Of a DNA stretch of 32,000 bases, positions 16,907 to 25,717 are shown piece by piece. The position numbers and the translations under genes are program-made. This stretch comes from Candidatus Thorarchaeota archaeon (GTDB lineage: Archaea; Asgardarchaeota; Thorarchaeia; Thorarchaeales; Thorarchaeaceae), in the NCBI GenBank assembly GCA_008080745.1, contig SHMX01000003.1:300001-332000 (forward strand), given 5' to 3'. Below the pieces are notes generated by a model. It saw only the letters and a list, made by a program, of their open reading frames with translations, searched no databases and had not been told where the DNA came from. The stretch's first letter is position 1. Each line of letters opens with the position of its first letter.

Positions 16907-18091
16907 ATGAAGAAAGGTAAAGCTATTTGCATTGCAATCGCACTAGCTCTGGTAACAATGACGTTCATAGTTCAGCCAGTGTCCGCAAGTTCGACAAGGT
17001 TGGAATCGCTAAGGGCATACATTGATCCAAGATATGACCCTGATACTGGAGCCTATGGTTTTGAAGAAGGTGGAGCCTCATGGGCTTCTGCAACATATTC
17101 TGCCCTCACCTTATTTGAGGCTCAGAATCTACTCGATGCGCGGCCACCAATTATTGATATGTTCGATACCAAAAACTTCACTGCTAGGATTCAGTGGGAC
17201 ACTGGAGATCCAGAAGAAGAGGATCGTTACGGTGGATTTTCTCGATATCAAGCAGGGCCCGTGGATATGAGATCTACCTATGTAGGTATTGAGCTTTGGA
17301 GAATGATATCCGAGCATCAACAGGGTATTCCCAACATAGAGAACGTTGATTTCAATGAAACTGCTGTGATGGTTTTTCTAAACAAGACTCAAAATGATGA
17401 TGGCGGATTTGGTTCAGTAGTAGGTGCTGATTCAGATATGTTGTCTACTTACCAAGGACTATACATTATGAGCTATATAGATAGTAATTTCGAAGAGTCT
17501 ATGGATGTTTGGTTGCAAAATGAAACGATGACATACAATTGGATTATGGAGTGTTTTAAGGACCAAGCATTCCTCCTTCATCCAGATGCAAGATCAGCAG
17601 GAGTTACTCCAACTGCAACCGCATTAATGGCACTTGATATCCTTGATAGATTGACAAGTTTTGATGCACAAGACGTAGAAAATTGGTTAATTAACAGACA
17701 AATTACTGAAGAGGATCAGGGATTTGTTGGAGGCTTCGAGGAAGGAGTGAATACGAATGATACCAACATCATAAGCACATACTATGCATTAGAAGCATTC
17801 ACTCTGTTTGGAAGTATATCGAGCGTGAATACATCAATTGCTGAAGACTTTATTCTGAGTTGTCAGGCGGCTGATGGAAGCTGGGGACTCAATCCTGGTG
17901 TAGAGGAAGGAAGCTTTCCTTACATTGCCTATGCCATTAGTAGTTTGGATATGATTGACGCAATGGACGGACTCAATGAAATCGATCCTAATAGCGAAAA
18001 TTATCCATTAATAGACTGGAGAATCGCTCTCGTGATTGGTGTTATTGTTGCAGCTGTTATCATTGGCATTCTCTCAGTGAAAATGGACTAG
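16907..18091 (+). CDS. Secreted, C-terminally membrane-anchored prenyltransferase/squalene-cyclase-repeat (alpha/alpha toroid) protein
   Basis: Signal peptide MKKGKAICIAIALALVTMTFIVQPVSA; QW-type repeats QNDDGGFG, QAADGSWG, RYGGFS, FVGGFE; C-terminal TM helix IALVIGVIVAAVIIGILSV. Confidence 0.8.
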   Translation: MKKGKAICIAIALALVTMTFIVQPVSASSTRLESLRAYIDPRYDPDTGAYGFEEGGASWASATYSALTLFEAQNLLDARPPIIDMFDTKNFTARIQWDTGDPEEEDRYGGFSRYQAGPVDMRSTYVGIELWRMISEHQQGIPNIENVDFNETAVMVFLNKTQNDDGGFGSVVGADSDMLSTYQGLYIMSYIDSNFEESMDVWLQNETMTYNWIMECFKDQAFLLHPDARSAGVTPTATALMALDILDRLTSFDAQDVENWLINRQITEEDQGFVGGFEEGVNTNDTNIISTYYALEAFTLFGSISSVNTSIAEDFILSCQAADGSWGLNPGVEEGSFPYIAYAISSLDMIDAMDGLNEIDPNSENYPLIDWRIALVIGVIVAAVIIGILSVKMD

Positions 18092-18131
18092 AATTGCAAT
18101 AGGTTTATCTCCGATTTTTTTAATGTGCAAT

Positions 18132-18154
18132 AGGGGGGTCTTTTTGGCCCCCTG
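18132..18154 (+). terminator. GC-rich hairpin (GGGGG...TTTTT...CCCCC) between the toroid gene and the next ORF
   Basis: AGGGGGGTCTTTTTGGCCCCCTG; abuts the GTG start at 18157, so it may be a terminator or may sequester the start. Confidence 0.35.
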
Positions 18155-18156
18155 AG

Positions 18157-19746
18157 GTGCTCATATTGCCACAGTCAGAAATCGATTCAGAAAATATTTC
18201 CAGATATCAACGTGGATTCGAATGGTTTACTCATATAGTACAGACTGACATGAAAAAACGACCGTGGAGAAGACTAGGGATTCTGACATTCTACGACAAG
18301 CCGTATGCAGATACTGAAAACATGTATCTTTCCCCAAAACAGGTTATCTTAGCTATGGCAAAAGAGGCCAAAAAGAAAGAGTCAGGCCTACTAATTGTGG
18401 TTGATGCATTAGAAAAAGGGGAAATGGGTCTTAGCACAAAGCAGGGTTTTGACCAATTCATGGAGATTTTTGATTCTGTATTTCCAGATTCTAAAAAATA
18501 CTATTTTGGCAATAAAGCATCTGAAAGAAAATGGCTCCATGAATACGATTCATTGAAGATACCTTTGGAGTGGCTAATACAGAAGCCGAATATTTTTGCA
18601 GATATTCTCTCTGATGCATCTCCTGTAGGAGAAGATATTGGTCCTGGGGATGCCTCTTTTGAGAACATTGAGGGAATGATTGAAGTTCTTGTTGAGAAAT
18701 TAGGTCCACCTTCTCTGACTGAAGAAGTGATGGGTAAGATCAAGAGCACCGAAGCGAGTGATTATGCCGGAGAAGCTGTAGGGCTTATGACCGTATTTGT
18801 AAGTCCCACAACTGCTGTTTCGCGGGGTGTAAAATATCTTGGAAAATTCATGAGTTTGGTAAAGGATCGGAGAAAAGCAGAAGTCAAGGAAGTATATGAA
18901 GAATGGGAGAAACGAGTGCAGAAAGGCTATTCAAAAGAGAATTTATTGAAGTTTTTTGAATTGGGAGAGGATTATGATGCGGGACTAGATGAGGCGATTT
19001 CTGACTACAAGACAGTATTGTTAGTGGTAGAAACAAGAAATTCGCTCTATGACCTATTCTTACCCCTGGTACTCCAACACCTTGTAGAGGAGATTGGATA
19101 TCTTCCTCCCGAAGACAGGCCTTTGAGAGAGCCTATTCTCGAAGAAGAACTTACGGTGCCAAAAACAGAAGATTGGGATACAGATGCACTCTCATATGGA
19201 GAACTTGAAGAGGTTGCTTCGGAAGAGCTTCCGGAGATTGAAGAAGCTCAACTACCAAAAGTAGATTTGGATTATGAGATGGAAACCGATATCGAGATGA
19301 CAGAAGCCGACTATGATGGAAAACCCGAAACAATACTATTTCTCGATGCAGCGACGCATTTATCAAAATTTGTGCGTTCGTTCAAATTTGCATTGGGATT
19401 GCCAGATAGATATCCAAATCTCTCGGTTTCTGCAAGTTTCTATACGGATAAGGAAAATATCAGCGATTCCCTAGAAGAGGGTGTTCTTGAATATATGAAG
19501 GAGAGAGCTCTAGTATTTGATCTCCATCCAGAGATATTTGATGATGTAACTGCGAGACTGCCAATAACTCGGAAAGCCTGGTTGATGGGACGACTGCAGT
19601 TGATGGAACAAATCAGAAATGAAGGCGAACTAGCTGTTCTCGAGTACTACCCAAGCGAATATCCAAAATGGAGTCTCCGAAGAGTGGATAAACCAGAGAG
19701 CAAAGTGGTACGAGAAATAAGATCGTGGTTCAGAAGAGGTAAATAA
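18157..19746 (+). CDS. Hypothetical protein; probable degenerate HerA/VirB4-like P-loop ATPase fold
   Basis: LLIVVDALEKGEM resembles HerA viviD..GEY; PETILFLDAATHL resembles Walker B; ALVFDL and GELAVL resemble the C-terminal strands; no GxxxxGK[ST]. Confidence 0.55.
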   Translation: MLILPQSEIDSENISRYQRGFEWFTHIVQTDMKKRPWRRLGILTFYDKPYADTENMYLSPKQVILAMAKEAKKKESGLLIVVDALEKGEMGLSTKQGFDQFMEIFDSVFPDSKKYYFGNKASERKWLHEYDSLKIPLEWLIQKPNIFADILSDASPVGEDIGPGDASFENIEGMIEVLVEKLGPPSLTEEVMGKIKSTEASDYAGEAVGLMTVFVSPTTAVSRGVKYLGKFMSLVKDRRKAEVKEVYEEWEKRVQKGYSKENLLKFFELGEDYDAGLDEAISDYKTVLLVVETRNSLYDLFLPLVLQHLVEEIGYLPPEDRPLREPILEEELTVPKTEDWDTDALSYGELEEVASEELPEIEEAQLPKVDLDYEMETDIEMTEADYDGKPETILFLDAATHLSKFVRSFKFALGLPDRYPNLSVSASFYTDKENISDSLEEGVLEYMKERALVFDLHPEIFDDVTARLPITRKAWLMGRLQLMEQIRNEGELAVLEYYPSEYPKWSLRRVDKPESKVVREIRSWFRRGK

Positions 19747-19835
19747 CTAATAATAAAAGTAAGAAATTCATCAATCCCGTAAGAAATATAATCGAATACC
19801 CTCTTCGTCACACCTATTTCGGAGGCATTATTGAT

Positions 19836-20252
19836 TTGAGTAACAAAGATATGACTCAGGCACGAGTTCTCAAAATTATTAAAGGAAATGAGGTCACGCT
19901 TCCAGCCGATTTTGTGGAAGGTATTGGCCAACCATACGGGCTCGCAATCTTGATTATGAAAGATAAGAGTGTAAAGCTATATCCAGTTGGCAGTTCAAAA
20001 GTTCTGTATCTTAAGTTGGATATCGAGAAGCTGAGTAAGAGCTTCTTAGAAGAATTAACCAATGTGTTTGATGGTGCAGGATTGGAAGATGTGCTCTTCA
20101 CCAGTGGAATATGTCAAGCTCAGAACCAATGTTATTACGAGTGTTATTTCACACCTGAGCAGCTACGAATCTCACACGATGCAATGGAGAAAGAGCTCCA
20201 GAGTATCACAGGAGTTCAGAAAGTCATACTCCATGATGTCCCCGTTGCATAG
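19836..20252 (+). CDS. Putative regulator: AbrB/SpoVT-like N-terminus plus ACT-like C-terminus
   Basis: KIIKGNEVTLPADF resembles the AbrB swapped hairpin; beta-alpha-beta-beta-alpha-beta pattern ending LQSITGVQKV; GGAGG at 19821 supports the TTG start. Confidence 0.55.
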   Translation: MSNKDMTQARVLKIIKGNEVTLPADFVEGIGQPYGLAILIMKDKSVKLYPVGSSKVLYLKLDIEKLSKSFLEELTNVFDGAGLEDVLFTSGICQAQNQCYYECYFTPEQLRISHDAMEKELQSITGVQKVILHDVPVA

Positions 20253-20340
20253 TGATTCTTGCTAAGCCACCCATCAATTTGTACGGGCATAGAAAGATCC
20301 ACCTATGGGCTGGATATACTATTGGAGTTTAACAGTAACC

Positions 20341-21798
20341 ATGGTAAAATTTACAGGAGTCGTATCTACATCCTCATACGAGGCCCAATCAAACATTGAA
20401 TATGTACATCCATTGTTCAAAAGAAGACCAATCAAGTATGACTTACAAACTGATGGAGTATCCAGTTGTATCCTGATAGAGGAGAATGTGGACTTTTTAG
20501 AGATAGAAGATTACATTATCATTGGAACCAAAAAGGTGAACAGGTATATCGATTCTGGCGAATCAGATAAATCCAGTGTTTTTAGCAGCAAAATCCTAGA
20601 ATCCAACCCAGATGGCCTGCTTCTGATCTCCAAAAAGTCTGAGTTCCAAATGATACGTGGACCATATTCAATGGTGCCTTGTTATTATTCATTATACAAA
20701 GGGAGTCTATTATTTGCAGGCGAGAAGAAATTACTTTGGAACTTGGGGGTTTTTTCAATTGAAAGGTTGGAACCCGGAGAAAAAATAGTCTTTAAAGATG
20801 GGAAACTCTCACATGAGGTAGTCATTTCACGAGAGAAACCACCCATACGGATTGAAAATACATATGACCAGACATTAGATATACTTCAAAAATTGCTTTA
20901 CGATTCATTTCAATCAACTAAAGCAGATGGAGAGGTGGGAGTGTTGCTTTCAGGAGGGGTAGATAGTTCTCTTGCATGTTTGTTAGCAAAAAATACCTTC
21001 GGTGACATTACAGCAATTTCAACTTCATCACGAAGAGCGAGAGATTTTAAAGCCTCAAAGCAAGCTGCTGAACTCCTAAAAGTTAAACATGAAGTAGTGC
21101 TACTCGACATCGAAACGATATGGCATAAACTTCCTGAAGTAATCTATGCCATCGAAACATCAAATCAACTCGATGTTGAGATAGCCCTCCCATTTTATCT
21201 CGCAGCAGAGAGAGCAGCAGATTTGGGAATCTCGTTGCTTATCTCAGGTCAGGGACCTGATGAGCTGTTTGCAGGATACGCAAAACATGAACGTTTAGTG
21301 CAACGTTTGGGATTTGAAAAACTCCCTGAACAGTTATGGAGTGAGGTATCCATAACTCACAAAGCCAATATTGAACGGGATAAAAAGGCCATAGAAAATC
21401 ATGGACTCAAATCCTTCTTCCCCTTTCTCTATCCATCATTCATAATTGAGTCGCTAACCATCAGACCTGAATGGAAGATAAATCCAAGTCTTGAACCTCC
21501 TAGAAAGATAATATTCCGAGATCTTGCTAGAAGAATAGGGTTACCGGATATTTTAGCTGCAGGACCCAAAAAAGCCACGCAGTTCAGTTCAGGAACTAGT
21601 AAACTTCTCATCAAGGCTTTAAAATCTAGACTTGCAGATGAGGAAGTGACCCGAAGAGAGATAGAGCACGCTTTACAAACTTTTTTGCATCTTATAGCTG
21701 AAAAAATTGGAGTACCAACATCAGTTAAGAAACTGAAAATGATTGAAGAGGATTGGTTAGCTTCACTTATTGATCAGGTGAAAGTTCCTGCGTCTTAG
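20341..21798 (+). CDS. Asparagine synthetase-like (AsnB family) protein with a degenerate N-terminal Ntn domain
   Basis: LLSGGVDSS PP-loop, ISGQGPDELFAGY, PFL, PKKATQFSSG; FAGEKKLLW and RLEPGE remnants of the Ntn domain. ATG 20341 preferred; the track start is 20305. Confidence 0.85.
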   Translation: MVKFTGVVSTSSYEAQSNIEYVHPLFKRRPIKYDLQTDGVSSCILIEENVDFLEIEDYIIIGTKKVNRYIDSGESDKSSVFSSKILESNPDGLLLISKKSEFQMIRGPYSMVPCYYSLYKGSLLFAGEKKLLWNLGVFSIERLEPGEKIVFKDGKLSHEVVISREKPPIRIENTYDQTLDILQKLLYDSFQSTKADGEVGVLLSGGVDSSLACLLAKNTFGDITAISTSSRRARDFKASKQAAELLKVKHEVVLLDIETIWHKLPEVIYAIETSNQLDVEIALPFYLAAERAADLGISLLISGQGPDELFAGYAKHERLVQRLGFEKLPEQLWSEVSITHKANIERDKKAIENHGLKSFFPFLYPSFIIESLTIRPEWKINPSLEPPRKIIFRDLARRIGLPDILAAGPKKATQFSSGTSKLLIKALKSRLADEEVTRREIEHALQTFLHLIAEKIGVPTSVKKLKMIEEDWLASLIDQVKVPAS

Positions 21799-21998
21799 CC
21801 ACCAGCAATGATTGGTAAAATTACCACTTTATCATCTTCATTTAGTTCGGTGTCCAGGTCTGCTTTTTTCCCATCTACCAAAACCACATGAGTATCTGAT
21901 AGCTTCAACTCCTCCAAAAGTTGGGATACTGTGATGGATTTTGAAACAGTAATAGTTTTTGCGCCTGCTTTTTCAAGAGCTCGGGACAGGATAATCAC
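21795..21998 (-). CDS. MoaD/ThiS/SAMP ubiquitin-like (beta-grasp) protein
   Basis: 67 aa, TVSQLLEEL, VLVDG, DDKVVILPIIAGG with C-terminal GG; GTG start. Confidence 0.88.
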   Translation of the reverse strand: MIILSRALEKAGAKTITVSKSITVSQLLEELKLSDTHVVLVDGKKADLDTELNEDDKVVILPIIAGG

Positions 21999-22284
21999 CT
22001 AATTCCTCTAGTACAATTTCACTTATAGAGTTACGCCAGTTGGCTATCTAAAATGGAAAAAATGCCGAAGTCACATTAGACAATAGCCTATGCTGGGGCG
22101 TTAGTAATAAATAGGAGCTTCAATGATTTGTCGTCAACAGGCTAAGCTGATGATAAATTTCGATGAAAGACGTTGTCTGTATTTGTAACCTACGACAACC
22201 TTCATAAGAGGCTCTTAGCGGCTCAGTAGAAGAGTGTCGAACCTAAATTCGGCATACATCGAACCAAATGAGGAGATAGTGGCC

Positions 22285-23328
22285 ATGGTTGGCATTATAG
22301 GCTATGGAGTATACATACCAAGGTACCGAATAAAGACCGAAGAGATTGCAGATGTATGGGGCGATAACGGCCCACAGATGGCAAGAGGTCTGGGTGTCTT
22401 TGAGAAATCTGTGCCCGGACCGGATGAAGACGTAGCGACCATTTCAGTTGAGGCCGCACGTAATGCAATAAAATATGCAGGAATCGATCCAAGAGATATT
22501 GGTGCTGTCTATGTTGGATCAGAGTCACACCCCTATGCGGTGAAACCAACAGGCACCATCGTAGCGGAGGCAATAGGATGCACTCCCTACTTGACTGCGG
22601 CAGATTATGAGTTCGCCTGCAAAGCAGGAACCGCAGCTATTCAGACTACAATGGGTCTGACACAATCTAAGATGATCAAGATTGGTTTGGCAATTGGTTC
22701 AGACACAGCACAGGGAAGACCAGGAGATGCACTGGAGTATTCAGCAGCTGCTGGCGGAGTTGCAGTTCTTATCGGAGAAGATAACCCTGTTGCGACAATA
22801 GAAGAAACCCTCTCATTTACAACAGATACGCCAGATTTTTGGCGACGAGAGGGAGAGGATTTCCCCAGTCACGGTGCGAGATTCACTGGAGAGCCCGCAT
22901 ATTTCAGACATGTGGGAGAGGCAGCAAAAGCAATGCTAAAGAAGACTGATACAACTATCGATGATTACGACTATTTTGTATTTCATATGCCTAATGGAAA
23001 GTTCCCAGTAAATATGGGTAAACAACTGAAGGTCCCCAAAGAAAAACTTGAGGATAGCTTGGTCGTACGTCAAATTGGAAATACCTACTCAGGTTCTGCA
23101 ATGATGGGAATGGCAAGGATTTTGGACATTGCCAAGCCGGGAGAAAAAATATTCATGGTATCTTATGGCTCAGGAGCTGGTAGTGACGCATTTGTATTGA
23201 AAGTAGAAGAAGAAATTTTGAAGCACCGAGGAGAAGTGCCTACTGTCGACGATTTCATTGAAAGAAAGACCTACGTGAGCTATGCGGTCTATGCTAAATA
23301 TCGACGGAAGATCAAAGCACTCGGTTAA
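22285..23328 (+). CDS. mvaS: Hydroxymethylglutaryl-CoA synthase (archaeal type)
   Basis: [19 protein letters not shown] (catalytic Cys), [25 protein letters not shown]; GAGGAG RBS at 22270 favours ATG 22285. Confidence 0.95.
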   Translation: MVGIIGYGVYIPRYRIKTEEIADVWGDNGPQMARGLGVFEKSVPGPDEDVATISVEAARNAIKYAGIDPRDIGAVYVGSESHPYAVKPTGTIVAEAIGCTPYLTAADYEFACKAGTAAIQTTMGLTQSKMIKIGLAIGSDTAQGRPGDALEYSAAAGGVAVLIGEDNPVATIEETLSFTTDTPDFWRREGEDFPSHGARFTGEPAYFRHVGEAAKAMLKKTDTTIDDYDYFVFHMPNGKFPVNMGKQLKVPKEKLEDSLVVRQIGNTYSGSAMMGMARILDIAKPGEKIFMVSYGSGAGSDAFVLKVEEEILKHRGEVPTVDDFIERKTYVSYAVYAKYRRKIKALG

Positions 23329-23341
23329 TGGAGGGAAGATA

Positions 23342-24502
23342 ATGAGTAGAAGAGTTGCAATTATTGGAGTAGGAATGAGTGAATTTGGAGAACTCTGGGA
23401 TAAGAGTCTCCGAGATATTACACTTGAAGCAGGAATGTATTCGATTTTCGACGCTGAAATTAGCGGTTCAGAAATTGATGCAATCATAATTGGAAATATG
23501 AGCGCAGGTAGATTCACAGGACAAGAACATCTAGGAGCTCTGGCTGCTGACATGGGAGGTCTAGGAAATATTCCAGCCTATAGTGTAGAAGCAGCGTGTG
23601 CCAGTGGCGGAGCAGCAGTGCGACATGCATACATGGCAATCAAATCAGGCGAACATGATGCAATGATGGTTCTGGGTTGCGAGAAAATGAGCGACGTCAA
23701 TCAGACTGAAGCCATGAAGACCATCAGTGTAGCAAGTGACTGGGAATGGGAAGGTCTCTTTGGAGCAACATTTCCAGCGTTATATGCATTCATAGCACGT
23801 AGACATATGATGGAATACGGTACAACCGAAGAGATGCTAGCCCAAGTAGCAGTAAAGAATCATGCCAACGCCGCTCACAATCCATGGGCACAGTTCCAAA
23901 GACCTGTACCAATCGAATTTGTGATGGGTTCGGGTATGCTGGCTGATCCAATTAGAGTACTACACTCATCACCCATCAGCGATGGAGCAGCAGGGCTGAT
24001 AATGTGTGATGAAAAAACAGCCAAGAAGTATACAGACACTCCGATTTACATTGAATCATCAACACAGGCGAGTGACACATTGGCACTTCATGACAGAAGA
24101 GATATCTGTACTGCAGACGCGGTGGTTCATTCATCAAAAAGCGCCCTGAAAAAGGCTGGTTTGAAAATTGAAGATATCGATGTCTTTGAGCTTCATGACA
24201 GTTTTACGATAAGTGAAATTATGCTTACTGAAGATGTCGGAATCGCAGAGAAAGGAAAGGGTGGTCAAGTGGTTCTTGATGGATTGACCGAGATAGGTGG
24301 ACAATTTCCTGTCAATACCTCAGGAGGACTCAAAGCAAGAGGACATCCCATAGGCGCTACAGGAGTAGCACAAATAGTTGAATTAGCCCTTCAACTAAGG
24401 GGTGACTGCGAGGGTAGACAGGTTGAGGGTGCAGAGAAAGGTTTGGCCGTTAATATCGGTGGAACTGGTGCAACATCAATTGTACACATTCTAGGGAGGT
24501 AA
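23342..24502 (+). CDS. Acetoacetyl-CoA thiolase (archaeal type)
   Basis: VEAACASGG, AVKNHANA, SPISDGAA, ELHDSF, GGLKARGHPIGATG; GGAGG RBS favours ATG 23342. Confidence 0.95.
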   Translation: MSRRVAIIGVGMSEFGELWDKSLRDITLEAGMYSIFDAEISGSEIDAIIIGNMSAGRFTGQEHLGALAADMGGLGNIPAYSVEAACASGGAAVRHAYMAIKSGEHDAMMVLGCEKMSDVNQTEAMKTISVASDWEWEGLFGATFPALYAFIARRHMMEYGTTEEMLAQVAVKNHANAAHNPWAQFQRPVPIEFVMGSGMLADPIRVLHSSPISDGAAGLIMCDEKTAKKYTDTPIYIESSTQASDTLALHDRRDICTADAVVHSSKSALKKAGLKIEDIDVFELHDSFTISEIMLTEDVGIAEKGKGGQVVLDGLTEIGGQFPVNTSGGLKARGHPIGATGVAQIVELALQLRGDCEGRQVEGAEKGLAVNIGGTGATSIVHILGR

Positions 24503-24506
24503 GAAA

Positions 24507-24929
24507 ATGGCAGAACATGGCGTAGCAAACATTTGGCGAAAACAGAAATCAATGTACAGCATCATTGGAAGTAAATGTACCACCTGTGGAGAACATTACT
24601 TCCCACCTAGACCAGTCTGTCCGACTTGCAGAAGAAAGGGACAACTTGAAGAATATCAGTTCAAAGGTCTGGGAAAGATACACACATTTGCAGTAGTCCG
24701 TCAAGCTCCTGAGGACTTTAAGAGACAAGTCCCATATGTCGTTGCTCAAGTTGAGCTGGACGAGGGGGCTAGGTTAACTGCTCAAATAGTCAATATAGAG
24801 CCAGAAAATGTAGAGATTGGTATGAGAGTAAGATCCTGTTTCAGAAAGATTACCGAGTATGGACAGGGTGGTATCATCGTATACGGTTACAAATTCGAGC
24901 CAACGATGAAAGTCACCGGCCACGATTAA
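24507..24929 (+). CDS. DUF35 Zn-ribbon/OB-fold scaffold protein
   Basis: CTTCG...PPRPVCPTC, then OB fold (PYVVAQVELDEG, IGMRV, YGYKF); follows HMG-CoA synthase and thiolase. Confidence 0.93.
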   Translation: MAEHGVANIWRKQKSMYSIIGSKCTTCGEHYFPPRPVCPTCRRKGQLEEYQFKGLGKIHTFAVVRQAPEDFKRQVPYVVAQVELDEGARLTAQIVNIEPENVEIGMRVRSCFRKITEYGQGGIIVYGYKFEPTMKVTGHD

Positions 24930-24932
24930 ATC

Positions 24933-25631
24933 TCAAGTCCAGATATCGAGTTCGGTAATGGTTCCTACTGCGGGAAGTGCCACATTCCGGACTCGAGTAT
25001 CTCTAATATATGCCTCGTGCACTGTAGCATTATGTACATGACCGTGAATAACGAGGTCAGGTTGTTCTTCTTCTAGTATTTTGTAAAATCTTTTACTTCC
25101 CAGCCATGAGAATGCCCTTCTATCTTCACCCTCGCATGTTTCGAGACATGGGCTATAATGCATCAAGAGAATTCTTCTATCAGCCCCCTGATATTCCAGT
25201 CTTTTTAACAGATTACGAGCTCTTCCAACACGTCGTCTAAAGATACGCTTGATGCTGGGAATATTATCACGTTGCCAAGATGTAGGGCGATCCAATGACC
25301 CTTGAGTACCAACAATTCCAACCTTGAGACCGCGAATTTTAAAGATCAAAGATTGTTCATCAAGAATAATCATTCTTGTTCCAATAATCTCCACTAATTC
25401 ATCACGTATCTCAGAATATTCCTCATTTCCAAAACATCCAACAATGGGAAAATTGGAACCTATCTGTTCACCAATGACATCTAAGACGTTAATCATCTCA
25501 TCAGCTTTTCCACGGTTGACCATATCGCCAGCCATGAGAAATAGATCGGGTGCGTTATATTTAGTAAGTTCACTAGCAAATTCCTCTAGATACCGAGGAC
25601 TATGTACATCCGCAACTGCCAGTATTCTCAT
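24933..25631 (-). CDS. Calcineurin-like metallophosphoesterase
   Basis: ADVHS, AGDMVN, GNEE, HYSP, HGHVH. Confidence 0.9.
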   Translation of the reverse strand: MRILAVADVHSPRYLEEFASELTKYNAPDLFLMAGDMVNRGKADEMINVLDVIGEQIGSNFPIVGCFGNEEYSEIRDELVEIIGTRMIILDEQSLIFKIRGLKVGIVGTQGSLDRPTSWQRDNIPSIKRIFRRRVGRARNLLKRLEYQGADRRILLMHYSPCLETCEGEDRRAFSWLGSKRFYKILEEEQPDLVIHGHVHNATVHEAYIRDTRVRNVALPAVGTITELDIWT

Positions 25632-25717
25632 ATCCGCACTAACACTCTCTGTTGTTAGAGAGGGGATGTAAACAGGGATTATTAAAGGTTAGACTTCACA
25701 AAAACAATTGTGATGAA

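Noticed and set aside
22122-22180. C/D-box-like words (ATGATT, CTGA, TGATGA, GATGAA) suggesting a C/D sRNA
   Set aside because: Box order and spacing do not fit (CTGA overlaps TGATGA, no terminal D box); AT-rich chance matches are likely
22285-24929. HMG-CoA synthase-thiolase-DUF35 cluster as a novel system
   Set aside because: Already described in archaea as a substrate-channelling complex for acetoacetyl-CoA; listed as features only
24933-25631. Metallophosphoesterase as an Mre11 partner for the HerA-like protein
   Set aside because: Only 232 aa with no capping or Rad50-binding region, 5 kb away on the other strand, and no nurA/rad50 in the window
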